64,000 nucleotides of DNA from an uncultured Gammaproteobacteria bacterium (GCA_964453605.1 CAYVOI010000001.1:241627-305626); one strand, 5' to 3'. Positions 36,830 to 45,354 are shown, numbered from the stretch's first letter. Numbers and translations are program-made. Notes: generated by a model not told the origin, from the sequence alone.

Positions 36830-38107
36830 ATGTGGGCCAAGCTTGAGCAGATAGTAAAAACGCCTGACCTGAGGAACAACCTGTTCTTCGTGCTCGGGTG
36901 TTTAGTGGTGTTCCGCCTGGCGGCTCACCTGCCCATACCAGGCGTGAACCCCATAGCGCTTAGGAACTTTTTTGGTTCGAGCCAGCTCCTGGGGTTGTTG
37001 AACCTCTTCTCGGGCGGGGGCTTACAGAACTTCTCGGTGGTTATGTTGGGTGTGGGGCCCTACATTACCGCGTCCATCATCATGCAGCTCCTCACTATGA
37101 TCGTGCCGCGCCTAGAGGAGATTTCCAAAGACGGTGAAGCTGGCCAGCAGCGCATCAACCAGTACACGCGCTGGCTCACCGTGCCCCTAGCTGCTCTCCA
37201 AGCCTATAGCTTCATCGTGCTCCTTAAGAACCAGGGCGGTGGGCAGATTATCGGGAGCCTGACCCCGTGGCAACTTGGCACCAGCATTGTTACCATCACT
37301 GCCGGTACCATATTCCTCATGTGGCTGGGGGAGCTTATTTCCGAACGCAAAGTGGGGAACGGCGTTTCGCTCATTATTTTTGCCGGCATTGTGGCTACCA
37401 TCCCCACGCACCTGGAGCAGGCTCTGGCGACCTACGACTCGTCCCAGCTCCCGAGCCTTATCGTGTTTATGGCGGTGGCGCTCATTACTGTTATTAGCGT
37501 AGTCGTAGTCACTGAAGCCCAGCGCAACATTCCCGTAACCTACGCTCGCATGGTCAAGGGCCCCCGTACCTACGGCGGCGCCACCACCTTCTTGCCGCTC
37601 AGGTTGCTTCAGGCCGGTGTTATCCCCATCATCTTCGCCATCTCTGTCATACTGTTCCCGCCTATGGTGGCAAACTTTTTGGTAAAGTCGCAGGCGGCCT
37701 GGCTCGCCAGCGCTGCCCAGTACACCATTACCTTGTTCCAAAATCAGACGTTCTACGCCATTGCCTACTTTGTGCTCGTCTTTGGCTTTACCTACTTCTA
37801 CACAGCGGTCATTTTCAAACCTGATCAAATTGCCGAGAATTTGCAGAAGCAAGGCGGCTTTATCCCAGGGATACGGCCGGGGGGGAGTACCACTGAGTAC
37901 CTGGGACAGGTTATGAACCGTATTATTTTCCCTGGTGCCTTGTTCCTCGGGCTCATTGCCGTGCTCCCCTTGGTTATGCGTGGCGCTACCGGCAGCCAGC
38001 TCCTCGTTATTGGTGGCACCTCGCTCCTTATCGTGGTGTCGGTAGTCATTGAAACCGTGCGGCAGATAAACGCGCAACTTGTAATGCGCGACTACGACGA
38101 GCTGTAG
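36830..38107 (+). CDS. secY: Preprotein translocase subunit SecY
   Basis: 425 aa, 10 TM segments, conserved SecY motifs. Confidence 0.95.
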   Translation: MWAKLEQIVKTPDLRNNLFFVLGCLVVFRLAAHLPIPGVNPIALRNFFGSSQLLGLLNLFSGGGLQNFSVVMLGVGPYITASIIMQLLTMIVPRLEEISKDGEAGQQRINQYTRWLTVPLAALQAYSFIVLLKNQGGGQIIGSLTPWQLGTSIVTITAGTIFLMWLGELISERKVGNGVSLIIFAGIVATIPTHLEQALATYDSSQLPSLIVFMAVALITVISVVVVTEAQRNIPVTYARMVKGPRTYGGATTFLPLRLLQAGVIPIIFAISVILFPPMVANFLVKSQAAWLASAAQYTITLFQNQTFYAIAYFVLVFGFTYFYTAVIFKPDQIAENLQKQGGFIPGIRPGGSTTEYLGQVMNRIIFPGALFLGLIAVLPLVMRGATGSQLLVIGGTSLLIVVSVVIETVRQINAQLVMRDYDEL

Positions 38108-38127
38108 GTTGTTGCCATTTTCGACCA

Positions 38128-38162
38128 CGAAATCCTTGGCTAACGCCAAGGATTTTTTGTTT
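38128..38162 (+). terminator. Rho-independent terminator after secY
   Basis: AAATCCTTGGC-taac-GCCAAGGATTT followed by TTTTGTTT. Confidence 0.6.
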
Positions 38163-38244
38163 ATTGTTCTACAGTCTGTTCCACAACCCTTGACTTTTTG
38201 GCGGTTTTGGACTATGTTTAATAGTTCTTTAATAATGGCTGCTT

Positions 38245-38500
38245 CGTCAGCCACCCCGACAGTCATCGGGGTGAGCGCGGAGCGCTCAATAGCTCATTCG
38301 CACCCTCCTGCAGGGAGCCCCAAACTACGTAACGAGTTCGGGGTGGAGGAACAGGCGGTACGTAACTGCTTAGGGTTGGAGTAGTCTGGCCTTGGGCAGA
38401 TGGCGTACTGCTGGTACACCAGCCTTCGGGCATAAGGTGTGCCAGTTCACCTTCAGGATGGTGCGGGTGAGTAATTAACTATTGAAATAAAATAAACAGA
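38245..38500 (+). ncRNA. Structured RNA leader/ncRNA, paralog copy 2
   Basis: Promoter TTGACT-N17-TATGTT at 38190-38218. Ordered hairpins CCCCGA-N6-TCGGGGTGAG and GAGCGCGGAGCGCTC, a GCC-UUCG-GGC hairpin, and an AT-rich tail shared with 12015..12250. Confidence 0.35.
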
Positions 38501-38513
38501 AAGGAAAAACAAA

Positions 38514-38681
38514 GTGAAAGCCAAATTTATTATTGGGGTGATTCTCTTCACTGCGGGGGTCGTCTTGAACCTCTACCATCGTATTAGCACTGGGGAATGG
38601 GCCGATTACAATGTACTGTTACTTATGGGCATTGGTATCATGCTCATCAGCATAGGCAATAAAATTTTCAAATTGAAGTAA
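38514..38681 (+). CDS. Small hydrophobic protein (GTG start)
   Basis: 55 aa VKAKFIIGVILFTAGVVLNLYHRISTGEWADYNVLLLMGIGIMLISIGNKIFKLK with two TM-like segments. AAAGGA upstream. A terminator follows at about 38712-38751. Confidence 0.3.
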   Translation: MKAKFIIGVILFTAGVVLNLYHRISTGEWADYNVLLLMGIGIMLISIGNKIFKLK

Positions 38682-38777
38682 TAATTTGTGCCTAAGCGGG
38701 TGAATAGATTTAAAGAAGGTCACAGAACATCGTGGCCTTCTTTTTATTTTCCAGTCAAGTAAGGTAAACTGTACTGT

Positions 38778-39410
38778 ATGGTAAATCGGTTTACATTATT
38801 AGGCCCCCAGGGGTCAGGGAAGGGCACGCAGGCCAAGGTTCTAGCAGAACGCTTGGGCGTGCCGCATATTTCTACTGGTGACATGTTCCGCGATAACATC
38901 GCCCGTGGTACTTCCTTAGGCCTTAGGGCCAAGGAGCTTATTGAGCATGGTACCCTGGTGCCCGACGACCTCACCAATGCACTGGTGGAAGAGCGCCTCA
39001 AACAGCCTGATGCCCGGAACGGTTTTGTGCTGGACGGGTTCCCTCGGAACATGGCGCAAGCTGAGTTTTTGACGAAACTCCAGCCTGAGGTTCGCGCTAT
39101 TAACCTTGAGCTCTCAGATGATGAAGCGGTTAAGCGCATCGCTGGCCGCAGGACCTGTGAGCAGTGCGGGGCTATTTTTCACCTTGAGTTCAATCCGCCA
39201 AAGGTGCAGGGAGTTTGTGACAAGTGCGGCGGTAAGCTGGTGGAACGCTCAGACGATACCGAAAGCTCCGTTCGGCGTAGGCTTAAGGACTACCACACCG
39301 CTACCGAGCCGCTACTCGAGTACTACCGCAGTCACGGCGCCCTAACTTCGGTGAACGGCGCTCCCGCTATTTCTGAAGTTACTAAGCTTATCGAGCAGGC
39401 GGTGGGGTAG
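38778..39410 (+). CDS. adk: Adenylate kinase
   Basis: GPQGSGKGTQ P-loop, ISTGDMFRD, and a Zn lid (C-x2-C...C-x2-C). Confidence 0.9.
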   Translation: MVNRFTLLGPQGSGKGTQAKVLAERLGVPHISTGDMFRDNIARGTSLGLRAKELIEHGTLVPDDLTNALVEERLKQPDARNGFVLDGFPRNMAQAEFLTKLQPEVRAINLELSDDEAVKRIAGRRTCEQCGAIFHLEFNPPKVQGVCDKCGGKLVERSDDTESSVRRRLKDYHTATEPLLEYYRSHGALTSVNGAPAISEVTKLIEQAVG

Positions 39411-39415
39411 CAGCG

Positions 39416-39731
39416 TATGCCCAGTAACAAAACTTCGCATGTTCTTCTATACCTACCTACTTCAGAGCGCTAAAGACGGTAAGCACTATATCGGCTTTAC
39501 AAAAGATTTACGCGGTCGGATTGAAGAACACAATGCAGGTAAGAGTTTTGCAACGAGACCTCGGGTGCCATTAGTCCTTGTTTACTATGAAGCGTGTCGA
39601 AGTGAACAAGATGCCAAACAGCGGGAGAAGTACCTCAAAACTACAGCCGGCCGTAGGTTCCTGGCCAAGCGTCTTCGACGTTTTCGATTGCTGAGTTTGG
39701 CATCTTGGTGAAGTTATTGTTACTGGGTATG
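39416..39731. mobile_element. 316-bp TATG-flanked inverted-repeat element carrying a GIY-YIG nuclease gene
   Basis: TATG-CCCAGTAACAAAACTTCGC...GGTGAAGTTATTGTTACTGGG-TATG. The 11-bp perfect TIR CCCAGTAACAA/TTGTTACTGGG and subterminal AACTTCGC/GAAGTT blocks are homologous to the ends of the 146-bp elements. The terminal ATG is the map start. Confidence 0.55.
39439..39711 (+). CDS. GIY-YIG nuclease family protein (YhbQ/UPF0213-like)
   Basis: MFFYTYLLQSAKDGKHYIGFTKDLRGRIEEHNAGKSFATRPRVPLVLVYYEA..REKYLK shows the YxY...YIG...R..EH.N core of the GIY-YIG fold. 90 aa. Confidence 0.8.
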   Translation: MFFYTYLLQSAKDGKHYIGFTKDLRGRIEEHNAGKSFATRPRVPLVLVYYEACRSEQDAKQREKYLKTTAGRRFLAKRLRRFRLLSLASW

Positions 39732-40496
39732 TCGAGTTTAGTAAAAACTAAAGCCGAAGTTGCCACCATGCGTGCGGGGGGTAAAATTTTAGCCCAAGTT
39801 TTAGCCGAAGTTGCCGCGGTGGTACAGCCTGGCGTTACCACGGGCGAGCTCAATAAGCTGGCGGAGACAAGGCTTCGTGCCCTGGGCGCTACGCCATCAT
39901 TTTTAAACTACGGTGCTGAAGCAGGTAACCCATTCCCGGCTACGTTGTGCACTTCAGTTAACAACGCGGTGGTACACGGTATACCCTCTGACTACCAGCG
40001 TTTAGTGGAAGGGGATATTGTAGGTCTTGATATAGGCTGCTGGTACGATGGGCTCTGCACCGATATGGCCGTCACTGTACCGGTTGGTAAGGTATCAGCT
40101 GAAGCACAGAAGCTTATAGCAGTTACCAAAGAAGCGCTTAAACTTGGCTTAGCACAGGTAAAAGCTGGCGCTAAGTCCGGGGACGTTGGTAGTGCTGTAC
40201 AGGCTTACGTTGAGAAAAATGGGTTTTCAGTAGTTAGGCAGCTGGTGGGGCATGGGGTTGGGCGTGCGGTGCATGAGGAGCCCCAGGTGCCTAACTTTGG
40301 CCGCAAGGGAACTGGCACTGTCCTTGAAGCAGGTATGACGATTGCCGTGGAGCCTATGGTAAATCAAGGCGAGGCAGAGGTGGAAACCCTGGACGACGGT
40401 TGGACCGTGGTAACCTCTGACGGGAGCTTTTCAGCCCACTTCGAGCACACCGTGCTGGTGACCCCTAAGGGTTGTGATATTTTGACTGTGGTATGA
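39729..40496 (+). CDS. map: Methionine aminopeptidase type I
   Basis: Pita-bread fold with metal ligands (D..D..H..E..E); operon position after adk. Confidence 0.9.
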   Translation: MSSLVKTKAEVATMRAGGKILAQVLAEVAAVVQPGVTTGELNKLAETRLRALGATPSFLNYGAEAGNPFPATLCTSVNNAVVHGIPSDYQRLVEGDIVGLDIGCWYDGLCTDMAVTVPVGKVSAEAQKLIAVTKEALKLGLAQVKAGAKSGDVGSAVQAYVEKNGFSVVRQLVGHGVGRAVHEEPQVPNFGRKGTGTVLEAGMTIAVEPMVNQGEAEVETLDDGWTVVTSDGSFSAHFEHTVLVTPKGCDILTVV

Positions 40497-40885
40497 AAAT
40501 TTTGAGTATTGATTACGGTGAGCGGCGGGTGGGGTTGGCGGTGGGGGATACCGAAACCAAGTTGGCGTTGCCTTATGGCACTCTGGAACGGCTGAGCGAC
40601 GAGACGCTCATAGTGCAGCTGGAACAGATTGTGGCTGAAGAGGGTATTGAGCGTATTGTAGTTGGTGAACCGTTGGGGACTGACGGTCGTAGCACTGCTC
40701 AAACTGAAAGCGCTCGCGAGTTCGCGCTAGGGCTCAAAGCGCAGGTGGCAGTGCCTGTAGAGTTGTTTGACGAGCGCTTTACCAGTCAGCGCGCCGACGC
40801 GGCCGGAGGCTCGGGCGGTAAGGTGCGCGGGCGCGATGAACTGGCGGCTATGTTCTTGCTGCAGGATTATCTGGAGCGTAACTAA
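40493..40885 (+). CDS. ruvX: Holliday-junction resolvase-like protein YqgF/RuvX
   Basis: MKILSIDYGERRVGLAVGD... RNase H-like YqgF signature. Confidence 0.85.
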   Translation: MKILSIDYGERRVGLAVGDTETKLALPYGTLERLSDETLIVQLEQIVAEEGIERIVVGEPLGTDGRSTAQTESAREFALGLKAQVAVPVELFDERFTSQRADAAGGSGGKVRGRDELAAMFLLQDYLERN

Positions 40886-40888
40886 CCT

Positions 40889-41920
40889 ATGGCGCTGTCG
40901 GTTGCAGCCATAACGTTAGCCTTTGTACTCACGGCGGAGCTCACGTTCTACGTACGGCACTGGGCCTGGCGCCGTAACATTGTTGATGAACCTAACCTGC
41001 CGCGGAAAGTCCACACTCAAGCTACTGCGCTCCTCGGGGGCGTGTCTATTTACGTAAGCGTCAGCCTGGTCGCCTTGACGTTCGCCCTTACCACCCATGC
41101 GATTATTGGTAAAGACATAAGCTGGGCGCAGCTCCTGGCAGTGACTTTCGGGGGTGGGCTTATTATGTACGGCGGCTGGCGCGACGATGCCTTTGGCTTG
41201 TCGGCAGGGAGGCAGCTCGTGTGGCCCATCTTGGCGGCCCTGGTCGCGGTGGCAGCTGGCATTGGCCCTAAGGTGTTGAGTAGCCCGTGGGGTGGGTTTG
41301 TGCACCTTGGCGCAGTGGCCTCAGCCGCCCTAGCGTTCGCCTGGCTCATGGGTATGATGTACACCACCAAGCTCCTTGATGGGTTGGACGGCCTGGCTAC
41401 CGGCATTAGCGCCATCGGTAGCTTTATTATTTTTGGGCTAACGCAGTTCACACCGTTCTACCAACCATCAGTTGGTTTGCTGGCGCTAGCACTTGGTGGG
41501 GCTGCTTTAGGGTTTTTAGTCTGGAACTGGCACCCTGCTAAAATTTTCCTTGGAGAAGGAGGAAGCCTATACTTAGGTTTCATGCTCGGCGTGCTCTCCA
41601 TAATATCCGGCGCTAAAATAGCCACCGCGCTCTTGGTTATGGGTATTCCCATCCTTGACGTGGCTTGGGTCATAGTACGCCGGTTGTTTTGGGATAAAAA
41701 GAGTTTGGTGGAAGGCGACAGGAAACACCTGCACTACCGCCTGCTCGACGTTGGTCTTTCTCACCAACAGGCCGTTTTACTCCTCTATGCCTTGGCGACA
41801 ACTTTTGGGGTCGCCTCATTATTTTTAGGTACCACAGGTAAGGTCGTAGCTCTTGGGTTGTTATTGGGTGTGATGTTTACGCTAGGCGTGGTTACCGTTT
41901 CTCGTTTGCAAAAAAAATAG
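40889..41920 (+). CDS. Polyprenyl-phosphate N-acetylhexosamine-1-phosphate transferase (MraY/WecA family)
   Basis: KLLDGLDGLATG and NWHPAKIFLGEGGSLYLGF motifs; 10-11 TM segments. Confidence 0.75.
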   Translation: MALSVAAITLAFVLTAELTFYVRHWAWRRNIVDEPNLPRKVHTQATALLGGVSIYVSVSLVALTFALTTHAIIGKDISWAQLLAVTFGGGLIMYGGWRDDAFGLSAGRQLVWPILAALVAVAAGIGPKVLSSPWGGFVHLGAVASAALAFAWLMGMMYTTKLLDGLDGLATGISAIGSFIIFGLTQFTPFYQPSVGLLALALGGAALGFLVWNWHPAKIFLGEGGSLYLGFMLGVLSIISGAKIATALLVMGIPILDVAWVIVRRLFWDKKSLVEGDRKHLHYRLLDVGLSHQQAVLLLYALATTFGVASLFLGTTGKVVALGLLLGVMFTLGVVTVSRLQKK

Positions 41921-41972
41921 GCCCCAACGTGTTTCCATTGGAGCCTAGTACTTCTACCTCACCATCGCACCA

Positions 41973-42440
41973 TCAGGCGCGCTTGCGTTGCTTGTTCTGG
42001 AGCTGATTGACCCGCTGGACGCCAATCTCGTACCCCTGGTCGAGGATCGTGTCCTTCGCGCCGATCTCCCTCAGCTTCCGCCGGATTTCTTCGAGGTCAA
42101 GGGCCCCGGCGTTGCGCGCGACCGCATCGGCCACCTGCTCCCGGAAGAAATCGGTCATCTTGACCCCGGTGGGTTTGAGTTTCACGAGTTTGTGGACAAG
42201 AGTGTCGAAGTGGATCCAGTCGTACTTGATGATCGCGTCGCTCATGGCCTCGAGGGTCTCCTTGACGCATCCGTTAGTGTCCTGTAGGTGCAGGCAGTTA
42301 TCGTGGATTGGGTCAGGCGTCTGGTCGTCCGCCACCCGGTGGCCACCAGGGGTAGTTACCTTGATCGGGGTTCTTGACCCGTTGCGGCTCTGGGCGTTCA
42401 ACCGTAGGATGAGGTCGGGAAAAACGTGCAGTTCTTTCAT
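41973..42440 (-). CDS. Hypothetical protein
   Basis: 155-aa ORF with no recognisable motif. Confidence 0.4.
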   Translation of the reverse strand: MKELHVFPDLILRLNAQSRNGSRTPIKVTTPGGHRVADDQTPDPIHDNCLHLQDTNGCVKETLEAMSDAIIKYDWIHFDTLVHKLVKLKPTGVKMTDFFREQVADAVARNAGALDLEEIRRKLREIGAKDTILDQGYEIGVQRVNQLQNKQRKRA

Positions 42441-42661
42441 GGCATCTCCTGTGTATGGTGGATGGGGTTATGTTAATTAGTTATGTTTGTTACTTAAAAA
42501 ACTTATTTTCAAATTCTTTTCACTATATACTAAATAAATAAGGGTGTCAAGAAATGAACTGCAAAGGTTCCGAAGGGGCCACGGTTGACCCCAGGATTGA
42601 CAGGATTACCTGTATTAAGTACTATAATTGGGCAGTGTTTCAGAGTTTATTCATGAATCTT

Positions 42662-42973
42662 ATGTCTACTATTGCAGTAGTAAAAACCGGCGGGAAGCAG
42701 TACGTGGTCCGCGAGGGCGATGTGCTGAAGGTGGAAAAGCTCGCCGCAGCTGATGGTACAATAGTCTTTACTGATGTATTGCTCAAGGCCGCAGCTGATG
42801 GTAGTTCAGTAGAGCTCGGGCAACCGCGTGTTAAGGCTACCGTAACCGGCAGCGTCACCAAGCAGGGCCGTGCCAAGAAGGTTTTGGTGGTGCACTACAA
42901 GGCCAAGGTGAGGTACCACAAGAAGTACGGCCACCGTCAGCCATTCACCGAGGTTAAGATCGATAAACTATAA
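42662..42973 (+). CDS. rplU: 50S ribosomal protein L21
   Basis: MSTIAVVKTGGKQYVVREGDVLKVEKL... The ORF-track start at 42554 is an upstream artefact. Confidence 0.85.
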   Translation: MSTIAVVKTGGKQYVVREGDVLKVEKLAAADGTIVFTDVLLKAAADGSSVELGQPRVKATVTGSVTKQGRAKKVLVVHYKAKVRYHKKYGHRQPFTEVKIDKL

Positions 42974-43013
42974 AAGCCTTAGGAGGGCGCTTACCATTAA
43001 GCTGCAAACGCTT

Positions 43014-43097
43014 ATGACATGTACTAAGTGTGGTCAAGAGGGCTGCGCTTGCGACACGAGCGGCGAGTGCAACTGCAACGAGAGCTGCCCTTGTTAG
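43014..43097 (+). CDS. 27-aa cysteine-rich microprotein, metallothionein-like
   Basis: MTCTKCGQEGCACDTSGECNCNESCPC with 9 Cys in 27 residues and a CxCxxxCxC motif. Sits between rplU and a strong terminator. No SD. Confidence 0.4.
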   Translation: MTCTKCGQEGCACDTSGECNCNESCPC

Positions 43098-43106
43098 TTT
43101 GGTCCT

Positions 43107-43143
43107 AGAAAAAACAGTCCGCCCACAGGGGCGGACTGTTTTT
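43107..43143. terminator. Bidirectional rho-independent terminator
   Basis: AAAAAA-CAGTCCGCCC-acag-GGGCGGACTG-TTTTT, between the plus-strand rplU unit and minus-strand recR. Confidence 0.65.
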
Positions 43144-43152
43144 ATGTTCCTG

Positions 43153-43761
43153 TTACACTTCCCGCCGGCCGGTGAGAGCGCTCTCCAAAGTTACCTCGTC
43201 AGCGTACTCCAGGTCAGCCCCTACCGGCAGGCCTTGGGCCAGGCGGGTGACCTTAATGCCCAACGGTTTTATCAGCTGCGCCAGGTAGAGTGCCGTGGTT
43301 TCGCCATCTAGGTTGGGGTTAAGGGCTAGTATAACTTCCTTAACCCCGTTAGCTTTGAGTCGCTGAGTCAAGGCTGGCACCGTCAGCTTGTCAGGTGTCA
43401 CCCCCTCCAGTGGGCTCACTAAGCCCCCGAGCACATGGTAGCGCCCGTGGAAGGCGCCGGTTTTCTCTAAGACCGGTATGTTCTGGCTCTCGGCCACTAC
43501 GCAAATAGTCGTTTTGTCCCGCCTTTGGTCAGTGCAAATAGGGCAGGGGTTTTGGTCCGTAAAGCGGTGACACTCTGAGCACGTTGTGACCTGCTCTTGT
43601 ACGTGCCGTAAGCTCTGGGCCATAGCTTCAAGCTCCTCTTTGGGCTGTTTCAAGAGGTAGTACACTAGGCGTTCAGCGGTTTTAGGGCCAATGCCAGGTA
43701 GCTTGGTGAACTCTTGCAGCAGCTGCTCAAGTGCGCGCGGGGTAGGGGACATGGAAAACAA
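43153..43761 (-). CDS. recR: Recombination protein RecR
   Basis: C4 zinc finger CSECHRFTDQNPCPIC plus Toprim domain; 202 aa. Confidence 0.9.
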   Translation of the reverse strand: MFSMSPTPRALEQLLQEFTKLPGIGPKTAERLVYYLLKQPKEELEAMAQSLRHVQEQVTTCSECHRFTDQNPCPICTDQRRDKTTICVVAESQNIPVLEKTGAFHGRYHVLGGLVSPLEGVTPDKLTVPALTQRLKANGVKEVILALNPNLDGETTALYLAQLIKPLGIKVTRLAQGLPVGADLEYADEVTLESALTGRREV

Positions 43762-43864
43762 AATTCAAAGCAGGTTAGTGTCTTAAGTATATCGGAAATA
43801 TTGGTCATTGCGAAGCCCTGTAGTTGTGCGACGCACATACTTCAGGGCGTGCTATACTAACTCT

Positions 43865-44338
43865 ATGTCCAAAGTCCTCATTGTCTACGGCACCAACTCG
43901 TCCAACACCTACGTTACGGCTGGTCTGGTAGCCAGCGAGCTGAAGGCGGGAGGTTTTGAGGTTACGGTGGTGCCAGCCAGCGAGGCCAGTGCGGCTACCC
44001 TCGAGCCGTACGATTTGGTAGTACTTGGCTCATGCACCTGGAGCAAACCCGCACCCGACGGCCATGAACTGCAGGGGCAGCTGCAAGAGCTGTTTGAGCA
44101 CTTTGCCGAAGGCCTCAAGGGCAAAGAGTTTCCGGGTAAAAAGTTTGCTGTGTTTGGCTTAGGCGACAGCCGCTACACAGAATTTTGTGCGGCAGCTGAT
44201 AAGCTTGAACAGCTGGTTAAAGATGTGAAAGGCGAACAGGTAGGCCCGAGCCTTAGGGTAGATGGTATGCCCCAGAAACAAGAAGAGGTTATAAAAACCT
44301 GGGCCAGGGGTATTGCTCAAGCCTTCCAAGCTGCCTAA
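43865..44338 (+). CDS. Flavodoxin
   Basis: MSKVLIVYGTNSSNTYVTAG FMN-phosphate loop; 157 aa. Confidence 0.8.
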   Translation: MSKVLIVYGTNSSNTYVTAGLVASELKAGGFEVTVVPASEASAATLEPYDLVVLGSCTWSKPAPDGHELQGQLQELFEHFAEGLKGKEFPGKKFAVFGLGDSRYTEFCAAADKLEQLVKDVKGEQVGPSLRVDGMPQKQEEVIKTWARGIAQAFQAA

Positions 44339-44344
44339 TGCTCA

Positions 44345-44935
44345 CTATTGAGTAGAGCGTTTGAGGTGTGGTGCTATGTCTGTGCTGGTGCATCCGCCCC
44401 ACAGGCCTAAGTGTTTTGTTCGTGCTTCCTCTTGTGCGGCGTGGAACTCGGCTTCATGAGCCACGTCCGGCGGATAGGGGTAGGCATACGCATAGCCCTG
44501 GCGCACCAGCTCTAAGTTTACAAATACATCACCCTGGTAGACGTAGCGCAGGAACCGGTCATACTTGTCCCGGTCCTCGACGTCGGCCACCAGTGTAACC
44601 TCTTTACCCTCTACCAGTTCTTTGTTCTGCTTTGATGCTTCTTTGCCAAAGCACTGGACTGGTTTTCTGGGGTCCACTGTTTCTGGTGTATCTATGCCTA
44701 TGTAGCGCACACGGTCGCCACTCGTTAGCTCAACGGTATCACCATCTACCACGCGCGCTACCGTAGCCTTGCCCTGGTAGCCATCGGGCAGCCTGGGGCC
44801 GGCGAGGGGCAGGTGCGTGCCGGCTGGCAACTGAACACCGCTCTGCCACAGCAGCAGTAGCACTACCGCAATAAATCCAGCGCCGTAGATAGTGGTTCGT
44901 TTTAGCGTAAGCATAGTAGGGGGTGCTGCCCGCAT
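44345..44935 (-). CDS. Thermonuclease (SNase-like) with N-terminal membrane anchor
   Basis: ATVARVVDGDTVELTSGDRVRYIGIDTPE... is the staphylococcal nuclease homologue signature. Confidence 0.7.
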   Translation of the reverse strand: MRAAPPTMLTLKRTTIYGAGFIAVVLLLLWQSGVQLPAGTHLPLAGPRLPDGYQGKATVARVVDGDTVELTSGDRVRYIGIDTPETVDPRKPVQCFGKEASKQNKELVEGKEVTLVADVEDRDKYDRFLRYVYQGDVFVNLELVRQGYAYAYPYPPDVAHEAEFHAAQEEARTKHLGLWGGCTSTDIAPHLKRSTQ

Positions 44936-45011
44936 TGACAGCGGAGGTGCCTGCTACTAGGATAGCGCTATAAGCGTTCTTTTCAAACACACCTAACAAC
45001 TGAGGACTGCC

Positions 45012-45302
45012 ATGAGCCGAAAAAAGTATGAACACCCCCCGCATGAGCAGCTGCTTAAGCGTCTGCAGCACCAGTACACCATCTACGCCACGTCGGAAGA
45101 TGAACACCAGGTGCTGTACGCACAGCTCAAAATAAAAGACCTGTGCCGCCAGCTCCGTGAGGTCGAACTCCCAGCGCGTGTGGTGGCGAAATGCATTAGG
45201 GCGCTCGAGCGCCTGCAGGCTAGCCCCCGCCTGCTGGAGGTACGGTACCCCGAAGGCGAAGCGGCCCTAGTAGAAACTATTTCATTTTTGAGTGCAACCT
45301 AA
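45012..45302 (+). CDS. Hypothetical protein
   Basis: 96-aa ORF ending at a bidirectional terminator AAAAAGCCTCGTAACCCACGAGGCTTTTT (45301-45329). Confidence 0.35.
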   Translation: MSRKKYEHPPHEQLLKRLQHQYTIYATSEDEHQVLYAQLKIKDLCRQLREVELPARVVAKCIRALERLQASPRLLEVRYPEGEAALVETISFLSAT

Positions 45303-45354
45303 AAAGCCTCGTAACCCACGAGGCTTTTTACGTCGTTAAAAGCCATTTTGAGTT

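Noticed and set aside
37187-38266. 359-aa minus-strand ORF
   Set aside because: It is antisense to secY and has a Gly/Arg/Asp-rich nonsense composition.
38109-38384. 91-aa ORF after secY
   Set aside because: It spans the secY terminator and the promoter and structured RNA leader. It has no RBS and is likely non-coding.
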